Of a stretch of DNA of 64,000 bases, positions 10,721-22,341 are shown one piece after another (the first letter of the stretch is position 1; every line of letters starts with the position of its first letter). Where the stretch lies: contig QPMI01000418.1 of assembly GCA_004431415.1 (NCBI GenBank), forward strand, positions 57,708 through 121,707, in the 5' to 3' direction. Source of the DNA: Cyanophora paradoxa CCMP329. Lineage: Eukaryota; Plantae; Glaucophyta. The translations under genes were made by a program, and so were the position numbers. The notes under the pieces are model-generated. The model was given only the letters and a program-made list of their open reading frames with translations. It was not told the origin of the DNA and did not search any database.

Positions 10721-13700
10721 GGACCTTATCGGTCGCCCTGCTGCCCGGCACCGCGCCCGGACTGCCGGACCTGGACCTGAAGAGAACCCGTTGACGGGCC
10801 CCAGCGCGCCACCTGTCTCGCCTCCGCCCACCCCGCGCGACCTGCAGGGCGCTGTCGGCCGCCCCGCTGCCCGACGCCGCGCCCGGACCGAAGGACCTGG
10901 ACCTGAAGAGAACCCGCCGACGGATCCCAGCGCGCCGCCTGTCTCGCCCCCGTCCGTCCCGCGCGACCTGCAGGACGCTGTCGGCCGCCCCACTGCCCGG
11001 AGCCGCGCCCGCGCTGATGGACCTGGACCTGAAGAGAAACCGCCACCGAGCCCCAACGCGCCGCCTGTTTCGCCCCCGCCCGCGCCGCGCGACCTTCAGG
11101 ACGCCGCCGGCCGCCCCGCTGTCCCGCGCCGCGCCCGCGCTGACGGACCTGGATTTGAAGAGAAGCCGCCGCAGAGCCCCAGCGCGCCTCGCCCCTCGCC
11201 TCCGCCCGCGCCGCGCGACCTGCAGGACGCTGCCGGCCGCCCAGCTGCCCGGCACAGCGCCCGCGCTGACGGACCTCGACCGGCAGTGAAGCCGCCGCCG
11301 AACCCCAGCGCGCTCCGCGCCTTGCCTCCGCCTGCGCCGCGCGACCCGCAGGACGTTGTCGGCGTCCCCGCTGCCTGGCGCCGCGTTTGCGCTGACGGAC
11401 CTGTACCTGCCGGGAAGCCGCCGCATACGCACGGGACGCACGGCCCAATCATACAGCACGCACCACCGAGACCTTCGATATCCCACGCCCCGCATGGCGC
11501 TTACTCGCCCGCACGACAGCGATCACCGAACCCCAACGAGCCGACCGGATCGGACAGCGGACTTTGCTACATCACCTCCGCAACCCTCCTACGCCTAGCT
11601 TTGCGCACTCATAGTCCGACAAGACCGGAGACCGACGCCGCAGGAGTCCCCGCCGCTCAGCTGGCTCCTCCCTCGCTACCTGCGCTAGGCCTGATTCTCC
11701 CCCCCTCTCCCCGAGGGGTACTAGTCACCACGGACTCGCCACCCAACATGCGCCCACTCACGGCGGTGAACAGGCTTATGGCCTTCTCCCAGCACGCTCT
11801 ACGTACGCTCGTTGCTCTCACTATCACCCGCCGGCCCTGCGCACCTAACACACGCACAGAAGAGATCCACAGGGACCTCGCTCACTTCAACATCCCTGCC
11901 GACCAAGCGGACGACGACGAACGCGCCGACAACGCCCAAGCCCTAGCCGCCTACCTTCGCCAGCAGATCACGGGAATGGGCGGCTATCCCTCAGCGGAAT
12001 CCTACGCCAATGCACTCCCCAGCATCATCGGCTGTAACCTCTGCTACAGCATGGCCGGCGAGACAGCAGCGGAAGCCTCACTTAAGACCCAACTAGTCAA
12101 CCCGGCCGTCGTGGTTCTCAACTGCGAACCCGAATCCGACGACTCCAGCTCCGCTAGCACCATCAGCTACGCCTTGGAATCGCCCTCGGCCCAAACGCAG
12201 CGGACTGCCCTCGCGGCGGCGGAAGACTGGCGCGCCAGCGTCGCGTCTGAGCTCGCCAGACGGAACATCTTCTTGGCGCCCGCCTCGCCTACTTTCTTCC
12301 ACCCAGCCTGCACGGGCCCCCGCGAATGCGGCCTGGAGTCCGAACGCTCCCTCCCCGCCTTCACGGTCCGCACCACTGCACGTCACTTCGCTCTTCCCCC
12401 ACTCACACTCCGCCAGATCGACCCTCTCCTCCCCGCTGGCCGTGCAGCGAACGGACGCCGGGTCGCACTCGCTCAGACCTTGGCAGGTTACCTCCACAAC
12501 CTGTTCCAGGACTACTGCGACCCGAGCCGCCCCTACGGGGTCCTCGCGAACCCCACGTCGGCGGTCCTTCGGGAAGGAGACCATGTTCTCACTCGTCTAG
12601 TAGCCCTGGGCCGCGTTCCCCTCGCGGACCTCCTCTTGGGCGCCCTCACCCTCCTCATAGAAATCTCCTCCTCCGACGCGTTTGACGATTCCCCTGTCGA
12701 AGCCTTTCACGAGGCCATCCTCTCCCTGCGCCAGTTCGGCGTTATCTTCGACCCCGACCTTAACATCTCCGAACTCTCCCTTTTCCTCCCCTCAGAGGTC
12801 GCAACCTCCCTTCACCTTTTCTATCCTGACTTCCCCCTCGTCCCCTCCAAGCTTTGGGCGGCCATCACCCACGCCCGGACGCCCGCCCGCCGCTCCCTCA
12901 TGCTCCTCCACTACCCCTTTCGCGCCCACCATGACCGCGGCGACTTCATTGTCCTCGTCGCCCGCGCCTCCGATCTCATCCCCGACCCCCCCACCCACTC
13001 CCAGCGGGAGGCCTACTATGATAGGAAGTTCCGCACTGAGAACTTCTCTGCTCGACTGAAGTCTATCTACAGCCGCCTTCTCCCTTGCCTCCCCTTCGGG
13101 ATCCTTGCCGACCCTGAAAACCTGCCCTATATCCTCCTCTTCTTCCCCAAGGCCGCATACTCCATGCTTCCGCCCCCCGCTCCCCACCCGCTTACGTCCT
13201 TCTCCACCCCTTTCCACTCATGCGACTCCTACCTCCCCTCCCCACACCCACCGACCCTCGCCGCCCGCCCCCGCCTCCTTCCCGACCCCAAAGCAAAGGA
13301 CTATGCCGACTCCCCAGCCACCGTCCTCTGGGAACTCTTCGGTAGCGAAGGAGATCGCTATCTCCCCCCCTCTCCCGGCCTCCTCGCCGCCCTGATCTGC
13401 CACCGCTGCATCTCATCCGACTCCTTCTACCAGGACCCTTCTTGGCTACACCCTGCACACACGTGCCCGGTGCGCCGACACGGCCCTGCGCAGAAGGGGC
13501 GCTTCCCCACGTTTACCCGCCCCGCAGGCGGAGTGAACCCCTCCCCTCCTCCCCCTTCTCGCATCATCCACGCCCGGCCCTCCCCCTCCTTTCCCTCCCG
13601 CCGCCTCTCATACTCAGCTTGCTTTGTTTTTATGGGCACACTTCATAATCCCCGCTACCCCAGACACACTCCGGGCCGCCTCTCTATACGGGCTGCACAG

Positions 13701-15390
13701 CCACTGCCGGGCCCTCCTCCGCCACTTGCCTTGCCCTGGCCAGAGTCGCCCCCCCAGCCGGACGACACCAACCCTCCGGGGGCCCAGCGCCACACCCCCC
13801 TGCCTGCACCAGTACCGCCAGAAACTGCAGATGCCCCCGCCACCCAACGCCGCGCCCGCGCCGACGGCCCTGGCATCAAAGGAAAGCAGCTGCCGGACCT
13901 CCGCGCGCCGCCCACCTCACCTCCGCCTGTCCCGACGCCGCATGCCGGGCCGCCCGCCTCGCTCCCGCCCGCGCCGGCGCCGCGCGCCCTGCAATACACT
14001 GTCAGCCTTTCCGCTGCCCGGCTCCGCGCTCATGTGGACGGACCTGGACGACCTGTAGTGCAGCCGCCGCCGGGCTCCAACGCGCCGCCCGTCTCGCCTC
14101 CGCTCGTGCCGGCGCCACCGGGCCCCCGAGCGCCGCCCGCCTCGCCTCCGCTCACTCCGACGCTGTGCGATCTGCCGGACGCCGTCAGCTTCCCCGCCGC
14201 CCGGTGCCGCACCCGTGCGGACGGACCTGGATTTGCCGTGCAGCTGCCGCCGGACCCCCGTGCACCGCCCGTCTCGCCCCCGCCCGCACCGGAGCGACGC
14301 GCCCTGCTAGACGCCGTTGGCCTCTCCCCTGCCCGACGCCGCGCCCGTGCTGACGTACCTGGATCTGAAGTGAAGCCGACACCGGGCCCTCACGCGCTGC
14401 CCGCCTCGCCCCCGCTTGCACTGGCGCCGTGCGACCTGCACGACGTTATCGGCCTCCCCGCTGCCCGGCGACGCGCCCGTGCTGATGAACCTGGCTCTGC
14501 CGTGAAGCCACCGCTGGGCTCCCGCGCGCCGCCTGCCTCGCCTCCGCCCGCGCCGGCGCCGCGCCACCTACAGACTGTTGTCGGCCCCCCCGCGGCCCGG
14601 CGCCGCGCTCGGGCCGACGGACCTGGACCTGAGGTGAAGCCGCCACCGAGCCCCAGCGCGTCGCCCGTCTCGCCTCCGCCCGCGCCGGCGCAGCGTGACC
14701 TGCAGAACGCCGTCGGCTTCCCCGCTACCCAGCCCCGCGCCCGTGCTGGCGGACCTGGACCTGCAGAGAATCCGCCGCCGGGCCCCCGCGCGCCGCCCGC
14801 CTCGCCTCCGCTCGCGCCGGCGCCGCGCGACCTGCAGGCCGTTGTCGGCCTCCCCGCTGCCCGGCGCCGCGCTCGTGCCAACGGACCTGGACCTGAGGTG
14901 ACGCCGTCGCCGAACCCCAGCGCGTCGCCCGTCTCGCCTCCGCCCGCGCCGGCGCCGCGCGACCTGCAGGACGCTGTCGACTTCCCTGCTGCCCGGCGCC
15001 GCGCCCGCGCTGACGAACCTGGACCTGAAGTGAAGCCGCCGCCAGGCCCCAGCGCGCCGCCCGTCTCGCCCGGTGCGGACGGACCTGGATCTGAAGTGAA
15101 GCTGCCGCCGGGCCACCACGCGCCGCCCGCCTCGTCTCTGCCCGCGCCGGCGCCGCGTGACCCACAACACACTCTCAGCCTTTCCGCTGCCCGGCTTCGC
15201 GACCGCGCAACCGGACCTGGACCCGTTGTGAAGTTGCCGCCGGGCCCCAGCGAGCCGCTCGTCTTGCCTCCGCCCACGCCGGCGCTGCGCGACCTGCGGG
15301 CTGCCGTCGGCCTCCCTGCTGCCCGGCGTCATGCCTGTGCTGACGGACCTGCGGCACCGAGCGCCCTGCAGGACGCGGTCGACCTCCTTA
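10721..15390 (+). CDS. A0 polyprotein segment 2: repeat array, unknown globular module ending in C-x2-C-x13-H-x4-C knuckle, second repeat array
   Basis: ORF 10623..15623; CHRCISSDSFYQDPSWLHPAHTC at ~13398-13466; interrupted at 15390 by the poly(T) of A1. Confidence 0.7.
10722..11420 (+). repeat. Continuation of 120-bp coding repeat array after the TIR element
   Basis: Same unit as 1850-2712. Confidence 0.9.
13835..15385 (+). repeat. 126-bp coding repeat array (~12 units)
   Basis: Same unit family; 14549-15070 is near-identical to 35854-36375. Confidence 0.9.
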
Positions 15391-18300
15391 TTTTTTTTTT
15401 TGCAAAAGTGGACGTCGCATTGATACACCACGGCACATGTATCAATGTTCTACGTGACGCGCCCTTCCGACCGGTCATCTATCTAGCCGAAGATGCTAGC
15501 GAGGTGCCGGCCATGGGTCGCTCAATATGGGAGGTTCGCCTGAGTGGGGGAGCCATGGTTTTCGGGGATAGCCGTAACCAGACCCGCGCGCCCACCCTTG
15601 ATCAACTCCTCCATCCCTCATGAGCCCTGGAAGTGAAATGTCTCGCAGTCCGCCGCCCTCCCTTGTCGCCGCTCCGCCACCCTCCTCCTCCTCACTCTGC
15701 CTCCTCCCTCCTCCTCACCTGCGCCCCAGGACCCCGATTAATCGGTGTCCCGTTCTGTCAAGGTGAAGAAGGTGGTAGGAGGAAGATATGAGGAAGGAGA
15801 GGGAGTGGGCGGAGGCAGCGGTAGGGGGTGGCAGCGGATGCGGGCAGGCAGGGAGCGGTGCCGGGACGGCAGAGTGGAGTGAGCGTGGGCACTGACAGGC
15901 GGCGCAGAGAGCGGGGAGTGCGGAGGCGAGGCGGGTCGCGAGGGGTCGGGAGGGGTCGGTCTGAGTAGGGGGGTGGCCGAAGCCAGAGGGGTGGCCGAGG
16001 CCGATGGGGTGGCCGAAGCCGGGGGGGCCGAAGCCGATGGGGTGGCCGAAGCCGAGGGGGGGCCGAAGCCGAGGGGAGGGCCGAAGCCATAGGGGTGGCC
16101 GGAGTCAACGAGGGTTCGGCACTTGTGAGTCGGTTGGGGCTGGGGAGGAACCGTAGGGGGCCGCGGGGCGGCACCGTGCGGGTCCCGGTCGGGGGGCCGG
16201 CTGAAGCGAGGAGGGGGGGGAGGTCGGCTACTTGAAGCGTCGTTAGTGGTTTGTACACTCCAGGTGCGAAGAGGGACGTGATTGTGGGTTGTCCAGCAGG
16301 TATCGACACCGTTCGCGCTTTTTTGGTCCCGCGCTTGGGGGTCTTGCGACCGGCTGCCTTTCTTTTTGCCGTAGGTACGGGTGGGGCGGGTGCAGAGGCG
16401 GGAAGGGGAGGGGTCATGGGGCGCGGGCGTTTGGGTGCCGGGGCGGGGGGAGTAGCGGTTGTCCGTTTGCGTGAGGCAGGCGACGGGCGAGTTCGTTTCG
16501 AGGAGGGGCCAGGGGAGCGTTGGGGCGGGGCGCTTGGAAGGTTGAGTAGCGGACGTAGGGCCCGCGGGCCGAGCGGGCAGGGTGCCATTGTCGGGGTTCT
16601 TGTGGGAAGGCTGCGTTGGGGGTGCAGCAGGTTGGGAGGCAGGTCGAGAGTATGGGGTGGTCTCTGGGCGAGCGGGGCACTTTCCCCGTCTGGCGTCGGA
16701 GTGGGCCTGGAGGGCAGCTGCGGAGGCAAATTGGGTGCCACAGGTGCAAGAGAAGTCAGATGTCCCGGCGGTGGGTCCTGCATCGGGCGGTTGGGGGGAG
16801 GGAGGGGCCTGAGGGGAGGGGGCGGCCTGGGGTGAGGGGGCGGCAGGGAGTCGTGCTATTGCTTGGCGGATATTTTCCAGGAGAACCCAGGGTTGGCCTT
16901 CCGAGTCCAATCCGCAGCAGAAGTCAGTGATGGAGATGGTATCATGGAGGGAGGGGCGGGGGGGGCGGGGGGGAGGGAGGGACTAGGCGGCTGTACTGGC
17001 GGCGAGCGGGAGGGTTTGGTGTCGGCATGTTTGCGGTATCGACGTTTGGTTCTGTCAGTGATGCCTTGTCGGAGCTCCCAGGCGTGGTTGCGGGCGCAGC
17101 GGTCCCTCCAGATCGCACGGAGGTGTTGGTCGAGGAGTAGCGCTAAATCTTTTTGGATTGACATTGTGGTGGTCTTGTTGATGCCCAGGGCTGCGCAGAG
17201 GGCGGGCAATCCTGCCGGGGTACCGAGGCGCAGGAGGGCAGGGCGGGAAGGGGAGTATGTCAGCCAAGGCCGGGCTAAGCTTTGTCCATAGGTATCGGTA
17301 AGACCTGGGGGCGGAAAAGGGCCGGATTTTCGGTGGGGAGAGGAGGGCGGAATGGAGGGGAGAGGCGGGGTCAGGGGAGACGAGGCGGAGGAAGGGAAAG
17401 AGTTGAAAAATAGTGTCGTCGTGTCCTAAGGGTTTGGGCGAGTGGCGAGAACCCGGGTGCGGAGGAAGGTCACGAGTGCATCCTGGAAAGCTTGGAGGAG
17501 GAGGCGAGCGGCGGGGCAAGTAAATATGTGAATGAAGTCTTCGGGGGGTGGGTTGTAGGGTCGGGCTGTCTGGGGTCTGCGGCTCTCGGTGGGAAGAGGG
17601 CGGGGGGAGCCCGGGGGGTGCACGTGGCAGGGGGCGGGGAGGGTGGGGTGGGGAAGTAGGGTCCTCGGGACTGGGGCAGGGTGGGGGGAGGTGACAGAAG
17701 GGGCAGTGGCGATACCGTCAGGAAAGAGAGGGCCGTATAGGTCGGGGTCGTGGAGGAGGCGGACGGTGAGGGAGGGGAGGCCTCCAAGAATGCACTGGAA
17801 TCTGACTTTGCGGAGGTGATCGCCTGTGGGGGTACGGCGGTCCGGTGGCTTGTCGGACACGAGGGAGAGGGCTGGGGCGAGGGTAACGTGAGGATTGCTG
17901 AGGACGGCCCCGCGTTGCGAAGCTGGCGCCAGTCGAGGTATTGGGAGAGGGAGGCTTCGGCTAGGAAGTGAGAGCGGGGGTCCCCCTCAACGCGGTATGC
18001 ATGGAGTCTGCCTCTGTAAGGCTCGGCTCCTGGAACTGGGCCTTGGGATGACGGGGGCGGGAGGCCGACGCGGATGAGGAAGCATTTGAAACTGTGAGGA
18101 ATGAAGAGAAGGGCTGAGAGGGGGCGTCTGGGCCGTTTTGGCGAGCTTGTCAACGGCGTCATTGTGGCAGTTGTCAGGAGTATAGGCTGGGTTCGGGATA
18201 CGGCTCTTGGCCGGGGTCCTGGCCGCCTCTTTCTTAGCGGCCGTTTTAGATGCTTTGGCGGACCGTGGTGGCGGCTGGCGGCGTCGCGGTGAGCGGCTTC

Positions 18301-21300
18301 AGCTAGGATGGTCGCCGCCTCGAGTGGGGTCACGTGGGACGGCCGGAAGAGACGGCGTGCTGTTGCGGAGGCTTCGTTGCGGGCCAGGTCGGCGAGCTGA
18401 GAGGCGAGTTCTTGGGCGTAGCGAGCACCGGGAGGGAGGGGGTGGCGGGCCCTGCAGGGCGAGGCGGGGTAGACTCAAGCACAGTTGGGAGCGCGGGAGG
18501 GCTGGGCGGTCGGGGAGGTGGTGGGGAGTCGAGGTAGGGAGGGTGCCGCCGGTGGAGACCGGGGGGCGGCGTGGCGGTCGGTGGCGCCCCGGGAAGGTCG
18601 GTGGGGGTCTGAGGGCCGGAGGGCAGGGCCACAGCATATAGGGTCGAGGGTGACGGACCCGTAGCAGAGGCTGAGGGCAATATATTCACGGTATCTGCGG
18701 AGCGCAGCATTGTCGACCTGAATGTAGGCTGGGGGGCGGGGCAGGTCCGACGGGGCAAGTGCTGAGGAGCGACTGAGTAGGTCAGCTGTGAGGAGGAGGA
18801 GAGGGCCGCAGGCCGTGCTGTTGGGAGGCTGGAGAACGGAGAGGGATGTCTCCGGGCGTAGGTAGGTCCATCTGCAGAATGGAGTGAGGGGAGGGAGAGC
18901 CAGAGTCGCGTTGACTCCAAGTGGCCGCCAAGTCTTGTGCAAAGGAGACAAGGTGATCAGGGACGTCGAGGGAGCCGTTGTGAATGTAGAACGAGCGCGT
19001 CTGAGGAAATAAAGCAAGTAGGTGCCAGTGTCCCGGGGGGCCCTGAGGGTGCCGGGATCTGCCTGAGGGAAGGGTCGGCAAGGGGGCTGGTGGGGCATGA
19101 TGAGTGGGGCGATAGGTAAGGATGGGGACAAGGACGAGGCGGGCATCGAGAAGGCGTCCGGGGGGAAGGTAGTGGTGCAGGGGGAGGGGGGCAGAGCCCC
19201 GAGAGTCAAATTGAGAGGCTGCACTAGCGGGGTAAGAGCTGGACGACAGGAAGTAGGTAGGGTGAGGCGAGGCCAGGGCGGCTTCGCGGGAGGAGAGCAT
19301 GTCAAGGAAGGCTTCCACGAGGGGAGGCTGAGGGCGGCATTCGGCCGGAGGTGGATAAGGTCGCCTCGTCGAATGAGGGAGTGGCGTGAGGGTCAGGTCG
19401 GGGGGGGGGTGGGGGGGGGGTTTCGACATGAGAGTTTGCTCCGCGCAGTAATCATTGTCTGCAAACCGGAAGGCATTCCCCAGCCAACTTTTCTCCGCCA
19501 GCGTCAGGGGGCGAGGGAGGGGAAATTCAGTCGGGTGAGCGGGGGTTCGGCCTGGGGAAGCAGTTGGTCGGGCCTCGGGCGCCGGGGGGCGTGGGGGTGG
19601 GGGAGGGCAGGGTGGGGGGGGGGTGGGGAGCTGCGGGGAGGAGGGAGGGGAATTGGGGGACCGGGGGATTACCGGTGTAAGGGACGGGGGGGGGAGGGGA
19701 GGACGGAAGGGAGGAGGGGTGGGGTCTCGCTTGCGTCTAACCGGACGGCGGGCTTTGGCTGCCGTGTGCTGGGAAGGGCGGGAGCTGGTGCGCGGGGTCA
19801 TGCGCTGTCGTTTTGTTGTGAATGCCGGGTCGTTGGCCTGGACTGTCCCCAGGAGGACCTCAGGGTCCCGGAGAAGGAGAGCGGCCGCCCAACGCTCCCG
19901 GTAGATGGGGGCGTGGAAGGGGATGGGCGGCCCCGTCCTTTGCCGTACAGGTGGACTTCCTCACCGCGGCCAATGAACTCAGCAGCGGTCATGACGAAGA
20001 GAGCGTCTTCACCCGTGTGAACGTTTTCCAGGCTTGTGTGGGGAAGGTGCTGGTGTCGTACTTCCAGGCCGAGCGTGGGGAGGAGTCGCCGGGCGGAGAG
20101 TCGCCGTCCACCAGTTGATGACCCAGTCTTTAAGAGGGGCCGTGACGTCGGAGGCGGGTTTGCGGGTGACGTCCAGGATGCGGATTTCGCGGAGGCGGCC
20201 GAGATGATTGCTAGTCGCCAGGGTCGGGACCCAGAGGGGGGCAGGGGAGGAGAATATAATCGTATTCCGTTGGGGAGAAAGGGTGCGGGACGTAGGGTCG
20301 GTCCAGTTGTGGCTGGCCTGCGCGGGCTTTGATAGAAAGGGCAGTGGGGGCTGTGCCCATGAGGATCGAGGTTGCGTGGGAGGACGAGAGGAAGAGGCAC
20401 TTGGGGGTGGTCGGGGCATGCAGGCGGAAGGAGACTTGGCGGTTTTGGAGAAGTCTGAAGAAAGCGTCGACGGGTTCTGCAGGTATGGGTTGTGCGAGGA
20501 GAACGGGTGTGGCCAGGTGGGCCCCAGACCGAGGGTTGGGGTCGATGAGGGAGAGGGGGCCGCTTTAAGGGCAGCCAGGCGAGATTTTATGCCGTCGAGG
20601 AGGGGAAGTACTCGGCGATCATACCTGGGGCCGTCGGGGTCGATGGCAGCTGAGTAGGGGATGGCTCGGCGTCCATAGCGTTCGAATAAGACAGGAAGGG
20701 CGCCGGTTTGGTCGCGGAGAGGGAACGTGGGTGGGGGGCCAGGCGGGGCGGGGGTGGGGTGGCAGTGCGGGCAGGAGAGGGCGGGTCCCCGTGCCCATTG
20801 TTCTGCGATCAGGGAGGAAATAGGGGTGCCCCACATGCCAGGGTCGCAACGGTGGTACGCGACCAGAGGGGTGCCAGCCTCGGTCTGGGAGGTGGGGGCG
20901 AGTGTAAGGTCCTCGTCCCAGTACCAGGCGGGGAGAGGCGTGTCACGGTCGGCGGGACAGCGGGTTTGCAGAGGGAAGTGGGGTAGAAGTGCCAGGTGGG
21001 GCCGGAGCCCCTAGGTGGGCTAAGTAATAGTCGAGGGCGAGTTTCCTTGTAGGCCCAGGATCAGGGTGGTCAACATCAGGGGCGTCCTCGGGAGAGGTTG
21101 AAGGAAGATTGGGTTGGGAGGGGAGCAGCACTGGAAGGAGATGTTGTGAGTGATGTCTCTGCGTCCTAAGGCTGCAAGGAAAGCGGAGTAGGCGCGGAGG
21201 ATGTCACAGTCCGAGACGATAGTCAGGTGTTCGTCGGAAGGAAAGAGAGTATGAGCTTTGGGAAGTCGGATGCAGCGGTTCCAGATGACGGTGTCCTCCG

Positions 21301-22323
21301 CCATGAAGGCGCGTTCAAGTCTGGCGGACGCGAGGGGGACAAGGTCAAGGACCAGATGGGTGTTGGTAGTCTCGGAGGCATCTACATAGTCAACAAGGTC
21401 CGCTTGGCAGCGGAGGAAATGGTAGTCGGCGGGGCTGTCAGCTAGGATATATGTGCGAATGTGCCGGCGAGGCGGGAGGAGGGACGAGAATAGTGACGGA
21501 GGGAGGGGCGGGGAGGAGTCGTCCGAAAAGAGGAGTCGGGCGTCGGGGATGTCCATTCCACCAATATAGTGGTAAGGAGCCGAGGCAGGGAATGTCTGCG
21601 GGGCGGTAGGAAGGGGGGCAGCTGGTCCGCTGCGGGGGACACGGGGTCGGGGGGGGAAGAGGGGGCCGGGCGGCGGGTCGTCGTTGGTGTCGGAGCCGTT
21701 GCAGGTGGCCGCGGGATGGTCTTTGGTTGGTGAGAGGGGACCCACTGAAGCGTGACTTGGAAGTTCGGGTCTTGGGCGATACGAATGGCGTATTGCGTTC
21801 GAGCGTTGAGGAGAAGGGCCCCGTCCTCTCGGCGGAGCAGGGTGCGGAAGTTGATGGGATGGGAGAAAGATGAAGGGTCTTGAAAGGCGAAGGCTGTCAG
21901 GGCTCGGATAGTGTTCTGACTGTCCGTGATAATTTTCCCGCCCGTGGGCCCGAAATACGTGAATGCTGCGGAGATTGTGCCTGCTAGCTCTCCAGGTTCA
22001 CGTTATGTTGGACGCCGGGGAGGCGGTGGGCGAACTCGATTTTGTCAGGCAGGTCGGGATTATTTTCGAGGGGTGCAAGGCCGGCGTAAGTGGTTCGGAC
22101 AGAGGCGGAGCCCTGTTTTTGTGTGCTGGCGTCCGTGTATATTACCCGGGGAGTAGTTCCGGAGGGAAGGGGCGGGGAGTTTAGTGCGCGGAGTGTAGGG
22201 CAGAGCTCTGCGAAAAGGGCTCGGGAGGTAATGAAAAGGAAGTCGAGCCCGGCCGGGGATTCATAGAAGGCGCGGTCGGCTTGTGATGTGGGGGTCATAA
22301 GGCGTGGGCGTCTCTCGAGGGCA
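15391..22323 (-). mobile_element. Family A copy A1, 5'-truncated (6.9 kb), inserted in reverse orientation into A0
   Basis: T11 at 15391-15401 followed by GCAAAAGTGG (reverse complement of the A0 3' end). TSD ACGCGGTCGACCTCCTTA at 15373-15390 and 22324-22341 (AC microhomology at the 5' junction). Sequence matches A0 ~42600-50757 without insert C and carries frameshifted RNase H, Ulp1-like, zinc finger and PIP-like motifs. Confidence 0.95.
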
Positions 22324-22341
22324 ACGCGGTCGACCTCCTTA

